A stretch of DNA of 64,000 bases. It comes from Nitrospirota bacterium (GTDB lineage: Bacteria > Nitrospirota > JACRHJ01). The stretch lies in contig CAVTDB010000016.1 of the NCBI GenBank assembly GCA_963733375.1, positions 21,604 to 85,603 on the forward strand, read 5' to 3'. The notes beneath the pieces were generated by a model that worked only from the letters and a program-made list of their open reading frames with translations, was not told the origin of the DNA and made no database searches. Both the position numbers and the translations under genes were made by a program. Numbering within the stretch: the stretch's first letter is position 1; every line of letters starts with the position of its first letter. This document shows, piece after piece, positions 1 through 8,820 of the stretch.

Positions 1-1
1 G

Positions 2-178
2 GAGGTAACCATACGCCGGGAAGGCGGGACATGGACAAGCTCCATGCCCCTGAAAATCCCTGAAAACGCAAGGCCCGGCAGGTACAGTGTGACGACGATA
101 GTGGAGACTGACAGCGCCGGGGATACCCGCGATTTCGCGTTCCAGGTGGAAGAGCCGCAGGGCCAGTGGAGGAGATGA
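2..178 (+). CDS. 3' end of hypothetical protein (beta-rich, Ig-like C-terminus), truncated by window edge
   Basis: Open frame EVTIRREGGTWTSSMPLKIPENARPGRYSVTTIVE...FQVEEPQGQWRR* with host-like codon use. Confidence 0.7.
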   Translation, partial: EVTIRREGGTWTSSMPLKIPENARPGRYSVTTIVETDSAGDTRDFAFQVEEPQGQWRR

Positions 179-630
179 ATACTTTACGAATAAATAATTC
201 TTTATTAATGCCTGCCCGGACGCGGAAACTCCGCGAGGAGGCGAAAAAGAACATATATTTTTCAATTACTTGCAAGTGTCGAAACTGGATTTTCATGCCG
301 CTGAAAAAAGGAAAATATGCGGTGTAACGATATGTTTAATAAAGATAAAACCTTAGTCCTCCCCTTTAAAAAACTATAGCTCGTAAACCCCTCTCTAACC
401 CCTCATAAACCGCCCTGAGTCGTAAAAACGGCTCAAATTGATACCCGGCGAGTAATCGTCGAATAAGTCATTTATATATGAAAAAGAGATTAATTAGCGG
501 CCAGTTCCGACGCGAAGCGGGAGGGGCTATTAAGAGCACGGGGGAAATTGGTCCCGCTGATTACGTTACAGGCCGCGGGCCAGAAAAATCGAGTCCGCAT
601 GGGCCGCGTATGGAAATTCCGGAAGCCTTC

Positions 631-802
631 CTAGGCAGGCAGAACTATCTTTGAGCAGTTGCAGCCGAAGTGCGCCGGCTCTTTGGGGAACCTGTCTGCC
701 GGGTAAACCCCCGGGCCGAGCCCGTAGAGGTCCCGTGCGCCCATCGGCCCGCACTTTGGGACAGCCTTTGCAACGTTCGCTGACCAGCCATTTCATGGAC
801 AT
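631..802 (-). CDS. Small Cys/His-rich protein resembling the C-terminal motif of phage MuF/minor capsid proteins (one indel at about 755-757)
   Basis: GGGAGG RBS before ATG at 802; removing one A gives MSMKWLVSERCKGCPKCGPMGARDLYGLGPGVYPADRFPKEPAHFGCNCSKIVLPA*. Confidence 0.65.
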
Positions 803-837
803 CGCGTCCTCCCATATAAAAGGTTCTTTATATTAAA

Positions 838-867
838 AGTATAACTGATAACATCCCGGCCTGGCAA
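838..867 (-). promoter_or_regulatory. Putative sigma70 promoter for the small Cys-rich gene
   Basis: Minus strand TTGCCA-N18-TATACT. Confidence 0.45.
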
Positions 868-961
868 GATGCCGATGGGAAAGATTACGAAGAAATCGTT
901 GTGATATAATTTTATAAGATACTAAAATTCAAGCAAAAAAGGTCTTAGCCGGAGGAAAGAC

Positions 962-2036
962 ATGCTGACTAAAATATTGATTGGAACACTGTTTCTTCTG
1001 CCTCTTATGGTTACGGGGGCCGATGCGGCAGGCGGCCCGCGCCTTGAGACGGCCATCTTCGCGGGCGGATGTTTCTGGTGCATGACGCCGCCTTTCGAGA
1101 AGACCCCCGGGGTCATCAAGGTTGTATCAGGATACACCGGCGGGCATACGAAGAACCCGACCTATGAGAATTACGCCGAAGGGGGTCACGTCGAGGTGGT
1201 CGAGATAACCTACGACCCGGCCAAAATAAGCTACTCAAAGCTTCTCGATGTCTTCTGGAGGCAGATAGACCCGACCGACGGCGGCGGCCAGTTCGTGGAC
1301 CGCGGGCCGCAGTACCGTTCGGCTATATTTTATCTGAACGACGAACAGAAGAAGCTTGCCGAGAAGTCCAAGGCGGAACTGGCGGCGTCGGGTAAGTTTA
1401 AAAAGCCCATCGTGACGGAGATAATAAAGGCCTCGGCATTTTATCCCGCGGAGGAGTACCACCAGGACTACTGGAAGAAAAACCCGGTACGGTACAAGTA
1501 TTACAGATGGAACTCAGGCCGCGACCAGTATCTGGAGAAGGTATGGGGAAAGGATGCGGCGATGCACACCAGTAACGCCGGGAGCGCGAAGGCTGAGGTC
1601 GCGTATGTTAAGCCGTCCAGGGAAGAGTTGAAAAAAAGGCTGACTCCCATGCAGTATGAGGTAACCCAGGAAAATGGCACTGAGCCAGCGTTTGGAAACG
1701 AATACTGGAACAATAAGAGGCCCGGCATTTACGTCGATATCGTATCCGGCGAGCCCCTGTTCAGTTCGCTGGACAAGTTCGATTCCGGCACCGGATGGCC
1801 GAGCTTCACGAAACCCCTTGAACCCGGCAACATCGTGGAGAAAAAGGAGGGCTTCTTAAGGACCAGCGACGGAGGTAAGGAGCAAACACGCGGACTCGCA
1901 TCTCGGCGATTTGTTCCATGACGGCCCCCCGCCAACGGGCCTGCGCTATTGCCTGGACTCGGCGGCGCTCAGGTTCATCCCGAAAGAGGACCTCGTAAAG
2001 GATGGGTACGGGAAGTATCTGAAGCTCTTCGAGTGA
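962..2036 (+). CDS. msrAB: Exported bifunctional methionine sulfoxide reductase MsrA/MsrB (frameshift about 1865)
   Basis: Signal peptide; Msr[15 protein letters not shown]; Msr[12 protein letters not shown]; shifted frame continues [13 protein letters not shown]...GLRYC...* at 2036. Confidence 0.92.
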
Positions 2037-2043
2037 AATAGGT

Positions 2044-2766
2044 ATGAGCGCACCTGAGAAAAAGGGGTTGATAATCAGGCTGGCCGCGGCGGCCATAGTC
2101 GTCGCCCTGCTTGTAGCGGGCTCGAAATACCTCCACTTCCGGGAACTGCTGACTGGCGCTCTTCAGTGGGTCTCCGGCCTGGGTATGTGGGGGCCGGTAA
2201 TATTCATAATCATTTATATCGCCGCCTGCATTCTGTTTTTCCCCGCCGCGATCCTGACACTTGGGGCGGGCGCCATCTTCGGCGTGGTCGAGGGCTCTGT
2301 CATAGTGTCCATATCGGCCACGCTTGGCGCGACTGCCGCGTTCCTTGTGGGGCGGTACCTGGCCCGGGACTGGGTTGCCAGGAAGATAGAGGGAAACCGG
2401 AAGTTTCAGTCGATAGACGAGGCGGTAGCCAGAGAGGGCTGGAAGATAGTCGGTCTGACGCGCCTGTCGCCCGTATTTCCGTTCGTCCTCCTTAACTATG
2501 CATACGGGCTTACGAAGGTATCTCTCCGGGACTATTTCTTCGCGTCATGGATAGGGATGATGCCCGCGACGGTCATGTATGTCTATATCGGCTCGCTCGC
2601 GGGAGACCTTGCAAAGCTCGGCGCCGGGGGACGCGCCAGGACGGCCGGTGAATGGATACTTTACGGCGTCGGGTTCCTCGCCACGGTTGCCGTGACCGTT
2701 TTCGTGACCCGTATCGCACGCAGGGCGCTTGCGGCATATTCGACGGGCGCCAAGCCTGCTCCGTGA
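2044..2766 (+). CDS. TVP38/TMEM64 (VTT/DedA-like) membrane protein
   Basis: Hydrophobic; GATAAFLVGRY, LTRLSPVFPF, NYAYGLT motifs. Confidence 0.9.
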   Translation: MSAPEKKGLIIRLAAAAIVVALLVAGSKYLHFRELLTGALQWVSGLGMWGPVIFIIIYIAACILFFPAAILTLGAGAIFGVVEGSVIVSISATLGATAAFLVGRYLARDWVARKIEGNRKFQSIDEAVAREGWKIVGLTRLSPVFPFVLLNYAYGLTKVSLRDYFFASWIGMMPATVMYVYIGSLAGDLAKLGAGGRARTAGEWILYGVGFLATVAVTVFVTRIARRALAAYSTGAKPAP

Positions 2767-2873
2767 GGCCGGCGGGGATTACAATTTCTCTCTTCCTGTT
2801 GCATTAATTTCCCTACAGTGCTATGATTTTGAACCGTCTTTTTTGAACTTGGCAACAGGAAAGAGAAATAAGA

Positions 2874-5219
2874 ATGACAATAAGAAAGATAAAGATAATA
2901 GTATTCGTAGTTATAGCCCTGATCGCCATTACCGGCGGGGCAAGCTATGCGGTGATAAATACCGTAAAACACGACCTGCCCCAGATAAGCTCGCTGAAGA
3001 ACTATAAATCCCCCATCGGCACGCAGGTGTTCTCCGAAGACGACCACCTGATTGGCCGGATAAAAGTTGACAGGGGGATATTCGTGCCGCTTTCGCAGAT
3101 GCCGGACAGCCTTAAGAGGGCCGTGGTGGCTATCGAGGACGCCCGGTTCTATGAGCACGGCGGTCTGGACTTCCAGGGCATCGCGCGCGCGATGGTGAAG
3201 GACGTCATCTCTTTAAGCTTCAAGGAGGGCGGGAGCACCATCACGCAGCAGCTCGCCAAGGTTTATTTCCTGACGCCGGAAAAGAGCGTCAGCCGAAAGC
3301 TCAAGGAGATGATGCTCGCCCGGAAAATCGAGAAGAGCCTGACGAAGGACGAGATACTGGAGCTGTATTTAAACAAGATATATTTCGGCCACGGCGCTTA
3401 CGGCGTCGAGATGGCGGCACGGACGTTTTTCGGAAAGCACGTAGGCGACCTGAGCCTTGCCGAATCCGCCATGATAGCGGGCCTTATCCGCTCCCCCCAG
3501 GGCTATTCGCCCTACAACGATATGGGAGTGGCGAAGAAACGCCAGGAGCTGGTGCTGACGAGGATGGCCGAGGAACGGCTTATCTCCCGCGGACAGGCGA
3601 GCGTGGCGATGGCCCAGCCGCTTGTCCTGAAGAACCTCCGGGCGAACGAGGAGGTCGCGCCGTACCTGGTCGAGCAGATAAGGATATATCTGGAGAAGAA
3701 ATACGGGGCCGACAAGGTTTATGTGGAAGGTCTGACCGTAAAGACAGCGATCGATTACCGCATGCAGGTCGCGGCAAACCGGGCCGTGGAGTCGGGAGTG
3801 CGGGACCTGGAAAAACGCGAGGGCTGGCGCGGGCCTGTCGCTAAGAAAGACCTGAACGAAGTCGAGAAGCTTCTGGAAACAAAGCAGGGGAAAGCAGCCT
3901 CCTTTCAGCCGGGCGAGGTCGTGGCGGCAACCGTGTTAAAGGTTGAGGACAAGGGCGCGGTGATATTTACGCGCAGCGGCAAAGGGTACCTTTCGTGGGC
4001 GGACATGAAATGGGCCGCCGGCAGAGACAAAAAAAAGAAGAAGCCTTCGGATATACTTCAGCCGGGTTACGTTATCGAGGTTAAACCCAAAGGGTTCGAT
4101 AAGACGAAGCGCCTCGCGTTTACGCTGGAACAGGAACCGGTCTGTCAGGCCGCGCTGGTCGCCATCGACCCCTGGGAGGGGAAGGTTAAGGCTTTGGTCG
4201 GCGGGGTGGATTTCCAGAGGAGCGAGTATAACCATGCCACGATGGCCCACAGGCAGCCGGGTTCGGCTTTCAAGCCGCTTGTCTATGCCGTCGCGATGGA
4301 AAACGGCTTTACCCCGGCGAGCATCATAAACGACGAGCCCCGCAGTTACGACAACGACACCTGGAAGCCCGCAAACTACGACAGGGAATATTACGGGCCT
4401 ACCCGTCTGCGCGACGCGCTGGTTTACTCCAGGAACGTCGTTACGATAGAGCTTCTCCATGAGGTCGGCGTACAGAAGGTCATCGACCTGGCGACAAAGC
4501 TCGGGATGACTGGGCCGTTCGCCCGGAACCTCACCCTCGCGTTGGGCTCCGGAAGCGTCACACCTCTTGAGCTGACCACGGCCTATTGCTCATTCGCCAA
4601 TGGCGGCTACGACATAAGCCCGGTTACTATCCTGCGTGTATCCGACAGAAACGGCCATGTGCTGGAGGAACACGAATCGACGCACGATCAGGTCCTGTCC
4701 TCCGAGACGACTTATCAGGTTACCAGCATGCTTCAAGATGCGGTGCAGCGCGGGACGGGCACGCTGGCTTCGTCGCTCGGCAGGCCGGTGGCCGGGAAGA
4801 CCGGGACGACCAACGATTACAAGGATGCATGGTTCGTCGGATACACCCCCAACCTCGTAGCCGGGGTATGGGTGGGCCATGACGACGACAAGGGCCTGGG
4901 GCACGGCGAATCGGGCGCAAGGGCCGCGCTTCCCATATGGGTCCGGTTCATGGCCCCGGCGGTGGCGGCATATCCGCCTGATAACTTCACCATCCCGGAC
5001 GGCATCGATTTCGTGGAGATAGACGCCGCCACGGGGCTTTTACCTACCGGCGCCAGCGAGAAGGTGATAAGCGAGGTATTCAAAAAAGGTACGGCTCCCA
5101 CGCAGTACGTTTCCGCAATGCCCGAGGCGCAGCCGGTATCCTCTTCGCCGCCCCCTACTCCCACGAAGGCGGTCATAGACCAGGAAAAGCAGATGAAGCT
5201 CCTGCAGGACGTGGATTAA
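2874..5219 (+). CDS. mrcA: Penicillin-binding protein 1A
   Basis: TM anchor, EDARFYEHGG, GGSTITQQL, RKLKE; transpeptidase SAFK, SRN, KTG motifs. Confidence 0.95.
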   Translation: MTIRKIKIIVFVVIALIAITGGASYAVINTVKHDLPQISSLKNYKSPIGTQVFSEDDHLIGRIKVDRGIFVPLSQMPDSLKRAVVAIEDARFYEHGGLDFQGIARAMVKDVISLSFKEGGSTITQQLAKVYFLTPEKSVSRKLKEMMLARKIEKSLTKDEILELYLNKIYFGHGAYGVEMAARTFFGKHVGDLSLAESAMIAGLIRSPQGYSPYNDMGVAKKRQELVLTRMAEERLISRGQASVAMAQPLVLKNLRANEEVAPYLVEQIRIYLEKKYGADKVYVEGLTVKTAIDYRMQVAANRAVESGVRDLEKREGWRGPVAKKDLNEVEKLLETKQGKAASFQPGEVVAATVLKVEDKGAVIFTRSGKGYLSWADMKWAAGRDKKKKKPSDILQPGYVIEVKPKGFDKTKRLAFTLEQEPVCQAALVAIDPWEGKVKALVGGVDFQRSEYNHATMAHRQPGSAFKPLVYAVAMENGFTPASIINDEPRSYDNDTWKPANYDREYYGPTRLRDALVYSRNVVTIELLHEVGVQKVIDLATKLGMTGPFARNLTLALGSGSVTPLELTTAYCSFANGGYDISPVTILRVSDRNGHVLEEHESTHDQVLSSETTYQVTSMLQDAVQRGTGTLASSLGRPVAGKTGTTNDYKDAWFVGYTPNLVAGVWVGHDDDKGLGHGESGARAALPIWVRFMAPAVAAYPPDNFTIPDGIDFVEIDAATGLLPTGASEKVISEVFKKGTAPTQYVSAMPEAQPVSSSPPPTPTKAVIDQEKQMKLLQDVD

Positions 5220-5248
5220 AAAGAGGGGCATTCTCGAAATCACAAAAG

Positions 5249-5278
5249 AAAGGCCGGCGATTCCTCGCCGGCCTTTTT
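5249..5278. terminator. Bidirectional intrinsic terminator
   Basis: AAAGGCCGGCGA-ttcc-TCGCCGGCCTTTTT between convergent genes. Confidence 0.85.
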
Positions 5279-5371
5279 AATTATGATTGTAGCGCCACTA
5301 TCCCTTATTGCGGCTCGCGATACCCCTGGCGTGCCGGGGGCGTCACGCCCTGCGAGGGATAGGGCGTTACT

Positions 5372-6732
5372 TTAGTTCTCCGTCGCGTTCCAAGTCCCCG
5401 TTTCGGGTTGCGTGCCGGTGGAAACGTATGCGCCGGACATGATGGCCCCGCTCGTGCCGAAGGGCCGGATGTTTCGGAGCCCGTTATGTTTGTTGTGGTT
5501 CCGCCGTCGTCGGTAAAGCTCAAGCTGAAGCTGCCGTGCTGCCGGTGCTGCTGATGGTGCCCGCAATCGCTCCTCCGGTATCTTCATTCACTCCCAAAAC
5601 GGTAGTGCCGAACTGCTCCAAAAGGAAGGTGTGCGTGCCTGCCTGGTCTCCGGATGATGAACCAGCCGAAGGCGTACTGGTAATGACCCAACTGCCTGTA
5701 ATCCCTGCGGCGCTTTTCGCCGCGCCCCAGGTTCCCGCTGAGCCTAATGAACTCTTGTACGTGCCGGACAGCGTCCCGTCCGCGTTCAACGTGCCTGTTA
5801 AGGTAGTTGTTTCACCGTTACTGCTATCGGTAAATTGCAGGGTAACGACATTGCCGACGACCGAGCCTGTCACGATTGGGGGCCTTTATCCCCTCCATCA
5901 ACTAATTCCCGTCAGGGAGGTTCCGTTTTGCACCAGATTCAGGGTCATGGGTCATTTTCTGAGTAAGTCGCTCTTTACGATGTATACCGTTCCAGGTGCC
6001 GTTGACGTTGGCCGTCCCAGCGGGGACGGGAACAGTGCCCCGGTCCGATTTTAAACGGAGTGGCCCCGAGCGTTACGTTCACAACCACCGGCTGCGGCGT
6101 AGTGCCATTCTGGAGACCGGTATTCGGGTCGAAAACTCGGACCGTTGACGCCGGCAATGATAATGGTAAAGGTGGCGGTCCCCGACGTGGGATTAGGCCG
6201 CCATCGGTAACAAACCCGCCAAGGGCGACATTCATTTTGTAGGAGCCGGTGAAGCTCAGGTTCTGAACGGGGTCGGGGTTGCCATTGCTGTCTGTGCCGT
6301 TGTCCATAAGGGTTAACGTGCCGTTGACGGTTCCGCTGCCCATCGCGGCCGATGGCTTATTATCGGCGCTAAGCACCAGGCCGCTTAAGTTCATGGAACA
6401 CATTGCTTATGGTGGTGGTTTTGCCTGAGTTGCCGTCAGAGAAGACGCGCCGCCCGCGAAGGAAACCTGGGCTTTAAAGTGCTGCATTTTGCGGGCTGCC
6501 GCCGTCGGAATTATCCACGGAGGACACGTTAAAAAATAAAGCGCCTTTCGTAAAGGCAAAGTTTTGCACCGTCATGACGGAGGACGGGTTATTACCGGAT
6601 GACGTAATCGATGGAGTTGGCCTGAAGCGTAAGCGTCGGTACGACTCCCGCGCCTGTTGTTACGCGAGCCAAGGATATGGCGGGTATTGCCAAAAACGCG
6701 GTAAGAATAAATAAAATCAAAAATCTCTTCAT
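5372..6732 (-). CDS. Exported Thr/Gly/Ser-rich beta-structured protein (multiple frameshifts)
   Basis: AAAGGAG RBS, ATG at 6732 with signal peptide MKRFLILFILTAFLAIPAISLA; ORF pieces 5975-6403, 5520-5873 and the ...GTWNATEN* end share composition. Confidence 0.6.
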
Positions 6733-6810
6733 TTAGAACTCTCCTTTCAACATAATGCTATGAATGCAGTCAATGAGACATAAAATTCCGATAAATATTC
6801 CCTGCACCTC

Positions 6811-6846
6811 CTTTCTGTCTTCGCTATCGCTCTGGACAGGTAAATC
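6811..6846 (+). repeat. Repeat family A, 36-bp single copy
   Basis: CTTTCTGTCTTCGCTATCGCTCTGGACAGGTAAATC; exact reverse complement at 47712-47747. Confidence 0.9.
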
Positions 6847-6904
6847 GATTTCTCTGCCGCCTTGAAATATCTCAATTGTCCTGGCGCCTGGTCGAATAGA
6901 TGAA

Positions 6905-7369
6905 TCAGGTCCGAGTCCGAGTATCGAAATAATCGGAGAATACCTTGTCCATCTGCTTGTCCATCTCCGCCTGCGCCTTCTCGTCGGCCTGCCAGTATTT
7001 GTCAAAGAAGTCGTTGAATTTATGGTCTTTTTCTACCTGGGCCGGGGAGTTTTCCTCGGGCGGCTGCGCGTTCATAGAGGCTGATCGGGCGGTCCGGAGG
7101 GGCTGGTCTTTCCCCTTGTCCTGTAGAAAATTGGAGCTGCCGTCTCCGCCGGTTATGGATTTAACCTTCGACAGGTCGAAAGATACTTCGCCCAGGTGGT
7201 ATTTCAAATAAATCCGGCCGCCTTTGACGCGGCACGAATCGGCGTTTATAGTGTTCCCGTTTTTCAGGGTTACGACGCAGGATTTTTCCTGTCCGAATGC
7301 GGAGGGCACTAAAAAAAACAGGGAAAAAAGTACCGGCAATACAAATTTCAACATGACAAATTTAACCAC
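6905..7369 (-). CDS. Exported hypothetical protein (paralog 1)
   Basis: Signal peptide; N-terminal beta domain VTLKNGNTINADSC...GEVSFDLSKVKSI. Confidence 0.75.
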   Translation of the reverse strand: MVKFVMLKFVLPVLFSLFFLVPSAFGQEKSCVVTLKNGNTINADSCRVKGGRIYLKYHLGEVSFDLSKVKSITGGDGSSNFLQDKGKDQPLRTARSASMNAQPPEENSPAQVEKDHKFNDFFDKYWQADEKAQAEMDKQMDKVFSDYFDTRTRT

Positions 7370-7420
7370 GGATTAAGAATGATTCGTGTTTGGAGTAATA
7401 TAACCGCTCCTGTGAAATAG

Positions 7421-7883
7421 TCAAGAACAAATATCAACGCATCTCATTTTACTTTCATCACCTGTCTGCCTCTTTCCGTTTGCCTCCGCCTCCGCCAGCT
7501 TCTCAATCAGCCTGGCATTTTCCTTCTCTTTCTCATCCGCATTCCATATCTCCACCGGCTCGCCGTAAGCCGCCATCGCCCCGGCTGATTTATCCGGCCC
7601 TTTTACGGCCATAAGATGCCCAAATTCTGCCTGCCCCTTAGTCTGGAAAAGCCCCTCCATTGGCGAAGGCCCCGATATTAGAATCCTTTTTACCGAACCG
7701 AGCTCTATCTCCGCCTTGCCCAGCGGATAGCGCAGGACCAGCTTTTCCCCTTCGACAATGCAGGAGTTCGCCTCGATGCAGTTCCCGTTTTTCAGCTCTA
7801 TTATAAAGGCGTTCCCGGCGTAAGCTTCGCCCGCGAAAAAAAGCAGCAGACCCCAGGGCCAATAAAACCGTTTTGCCGGACAT
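7421..7883 (-). CDS. Exported hypothetical protein (paralog 2; frameshift about 7850)
   Basis: GGAGG RBS, ATG at 7883; IELKNGNCIEANSC...GKAEIELGSVKRI aligns by eye with paralog 1. Confidence 0.7.
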
Positions 7884-7898
7884 AACTCCTCCAGCGGT

Positions 7899-8005
7899 AA
7901 ACCGTTACCTTTTTGGGAAAAAGGTAACACCAAAAACTTTTGGGCTTTAAACAGTCCAGCTTTCTTTTGTGTTACTTTTCTTTCACGAAAGAAAAGTAAC
8001 GGTTT
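7899..8005. repeat. Repeat family B, double-hairpin REPIN/MITE-like element
   Basis: 10-bp terminal inverted repeat AAACCGTTAC/GTAACGGTTT; two GTTAC..TTT/AAA..GTAAC hairpins. Confidence 0.8.
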
Positions 8006-8183
8006 GGCGAGGCTTATTGCTTAAAAAAGGGGGGTTAATTTATATTTATACTTATTTAATTATTATAACAGCCCCAGTCCCCGAGTCAAATTAGTCTTGA
8101 CCAGGAAAACCGATTATGTTAAAAAACCAAAACCGTTAGAGTCAAAACGTACAAGTAGTGAATTTTCCTTATGGAGGGTAAAG

Positions 8184-8810
8184 ATGTACGTCGATATGCC
8201 GATGCGGCATTTTCTGGACAAGCTGTCGTCCAAATCACCTGAACCCGGAGGCGGAAGCGCGGCGGCCCTTGTAGGCTCGGAGGCGGCGGCGCTGGTGGGG
8301 ATGGTATGCTACCTCACGCTGGGGAAGGAGAAGTACGCGGACGTCCAGGCTGAGATCGAGAGGATAAAGGACGAGGCGGAGAGGCTCCGGGCGGAACTTC
8401 AACGGCTCCTGCAGGAGGATACGGAGGCGTTCGCGGCGGCGGGTGCGGCATACAAGCTGCCGAAGGATACCGACGAGCAGAAGGCCGTCCGTGACGTAAA
8501 GATCCAGGAGGGGCTGAAGGCCGCGACGGAGACTCCTTTTTCGATAGGACAGCGCTCTCTGGAAGTGGCCAGGCTATGTGTCGCGGCGGGGGAAAAGGGA
8601 AATAAAGGCGCGGTATCGGACGCCGGGGTCGCGGCAGTTTTCGCGGACGCCGCCGTGCAGGCCGCCGCCATGAACGTGCGCATAAACCTGGTGTCGATAA
8701 AGGATGCGGCATACGTGAAAGAGAAATGGGACTCCACGCTTTCGATGATGAAGGAGTCCGGGGAATTAAGAGAGAAGGTAGTAAAAATAACGTACGATAA
8801 AATTGGATAG
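8184..8810 (+). CDS. fchA: Methenyl-THF cyclohydrolase / formiminotransferase-cyclodeaminase C-terminal family
   Basis: FLDKLSSKSPEPGGGSAAAL, AVSDAG, NVRINL; GGAGG RBS before ATG 8184. Confidence 0.88.
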   Translation: MYVDMPMRHFLDKLSSKSPEPGGGSAAALVGSEAAALVGMVCYLTLGKEKYADVQAEIERIKDEAERLRAELQRLLQEDTEAFAAAGAAYKLPKDTDEQKAVRDVKIQEGLKAATETPFSIGQRSLEVARLCVAAGEKGNKGAVSDAGVAAVFADAAVQAAAMNVRINLVSIKDAAYVKEKWDSTLSMMKESGELREKVVKITYDKIG

Positions 8811-8820
8811 GGGGGTTTGA

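Noticed and set aside
478-654. 58-aa + strand ORF MKKRLISGQF...
   Set aside because: No RBS, no recognisable motif, overlaps the better supported minus-strand mini-gene
1900-2036. Selenocysteine in MsrB
   Set aside because: Catalytic codon is TGC; the TGA at 1919-1921 is out of the MsrB frame
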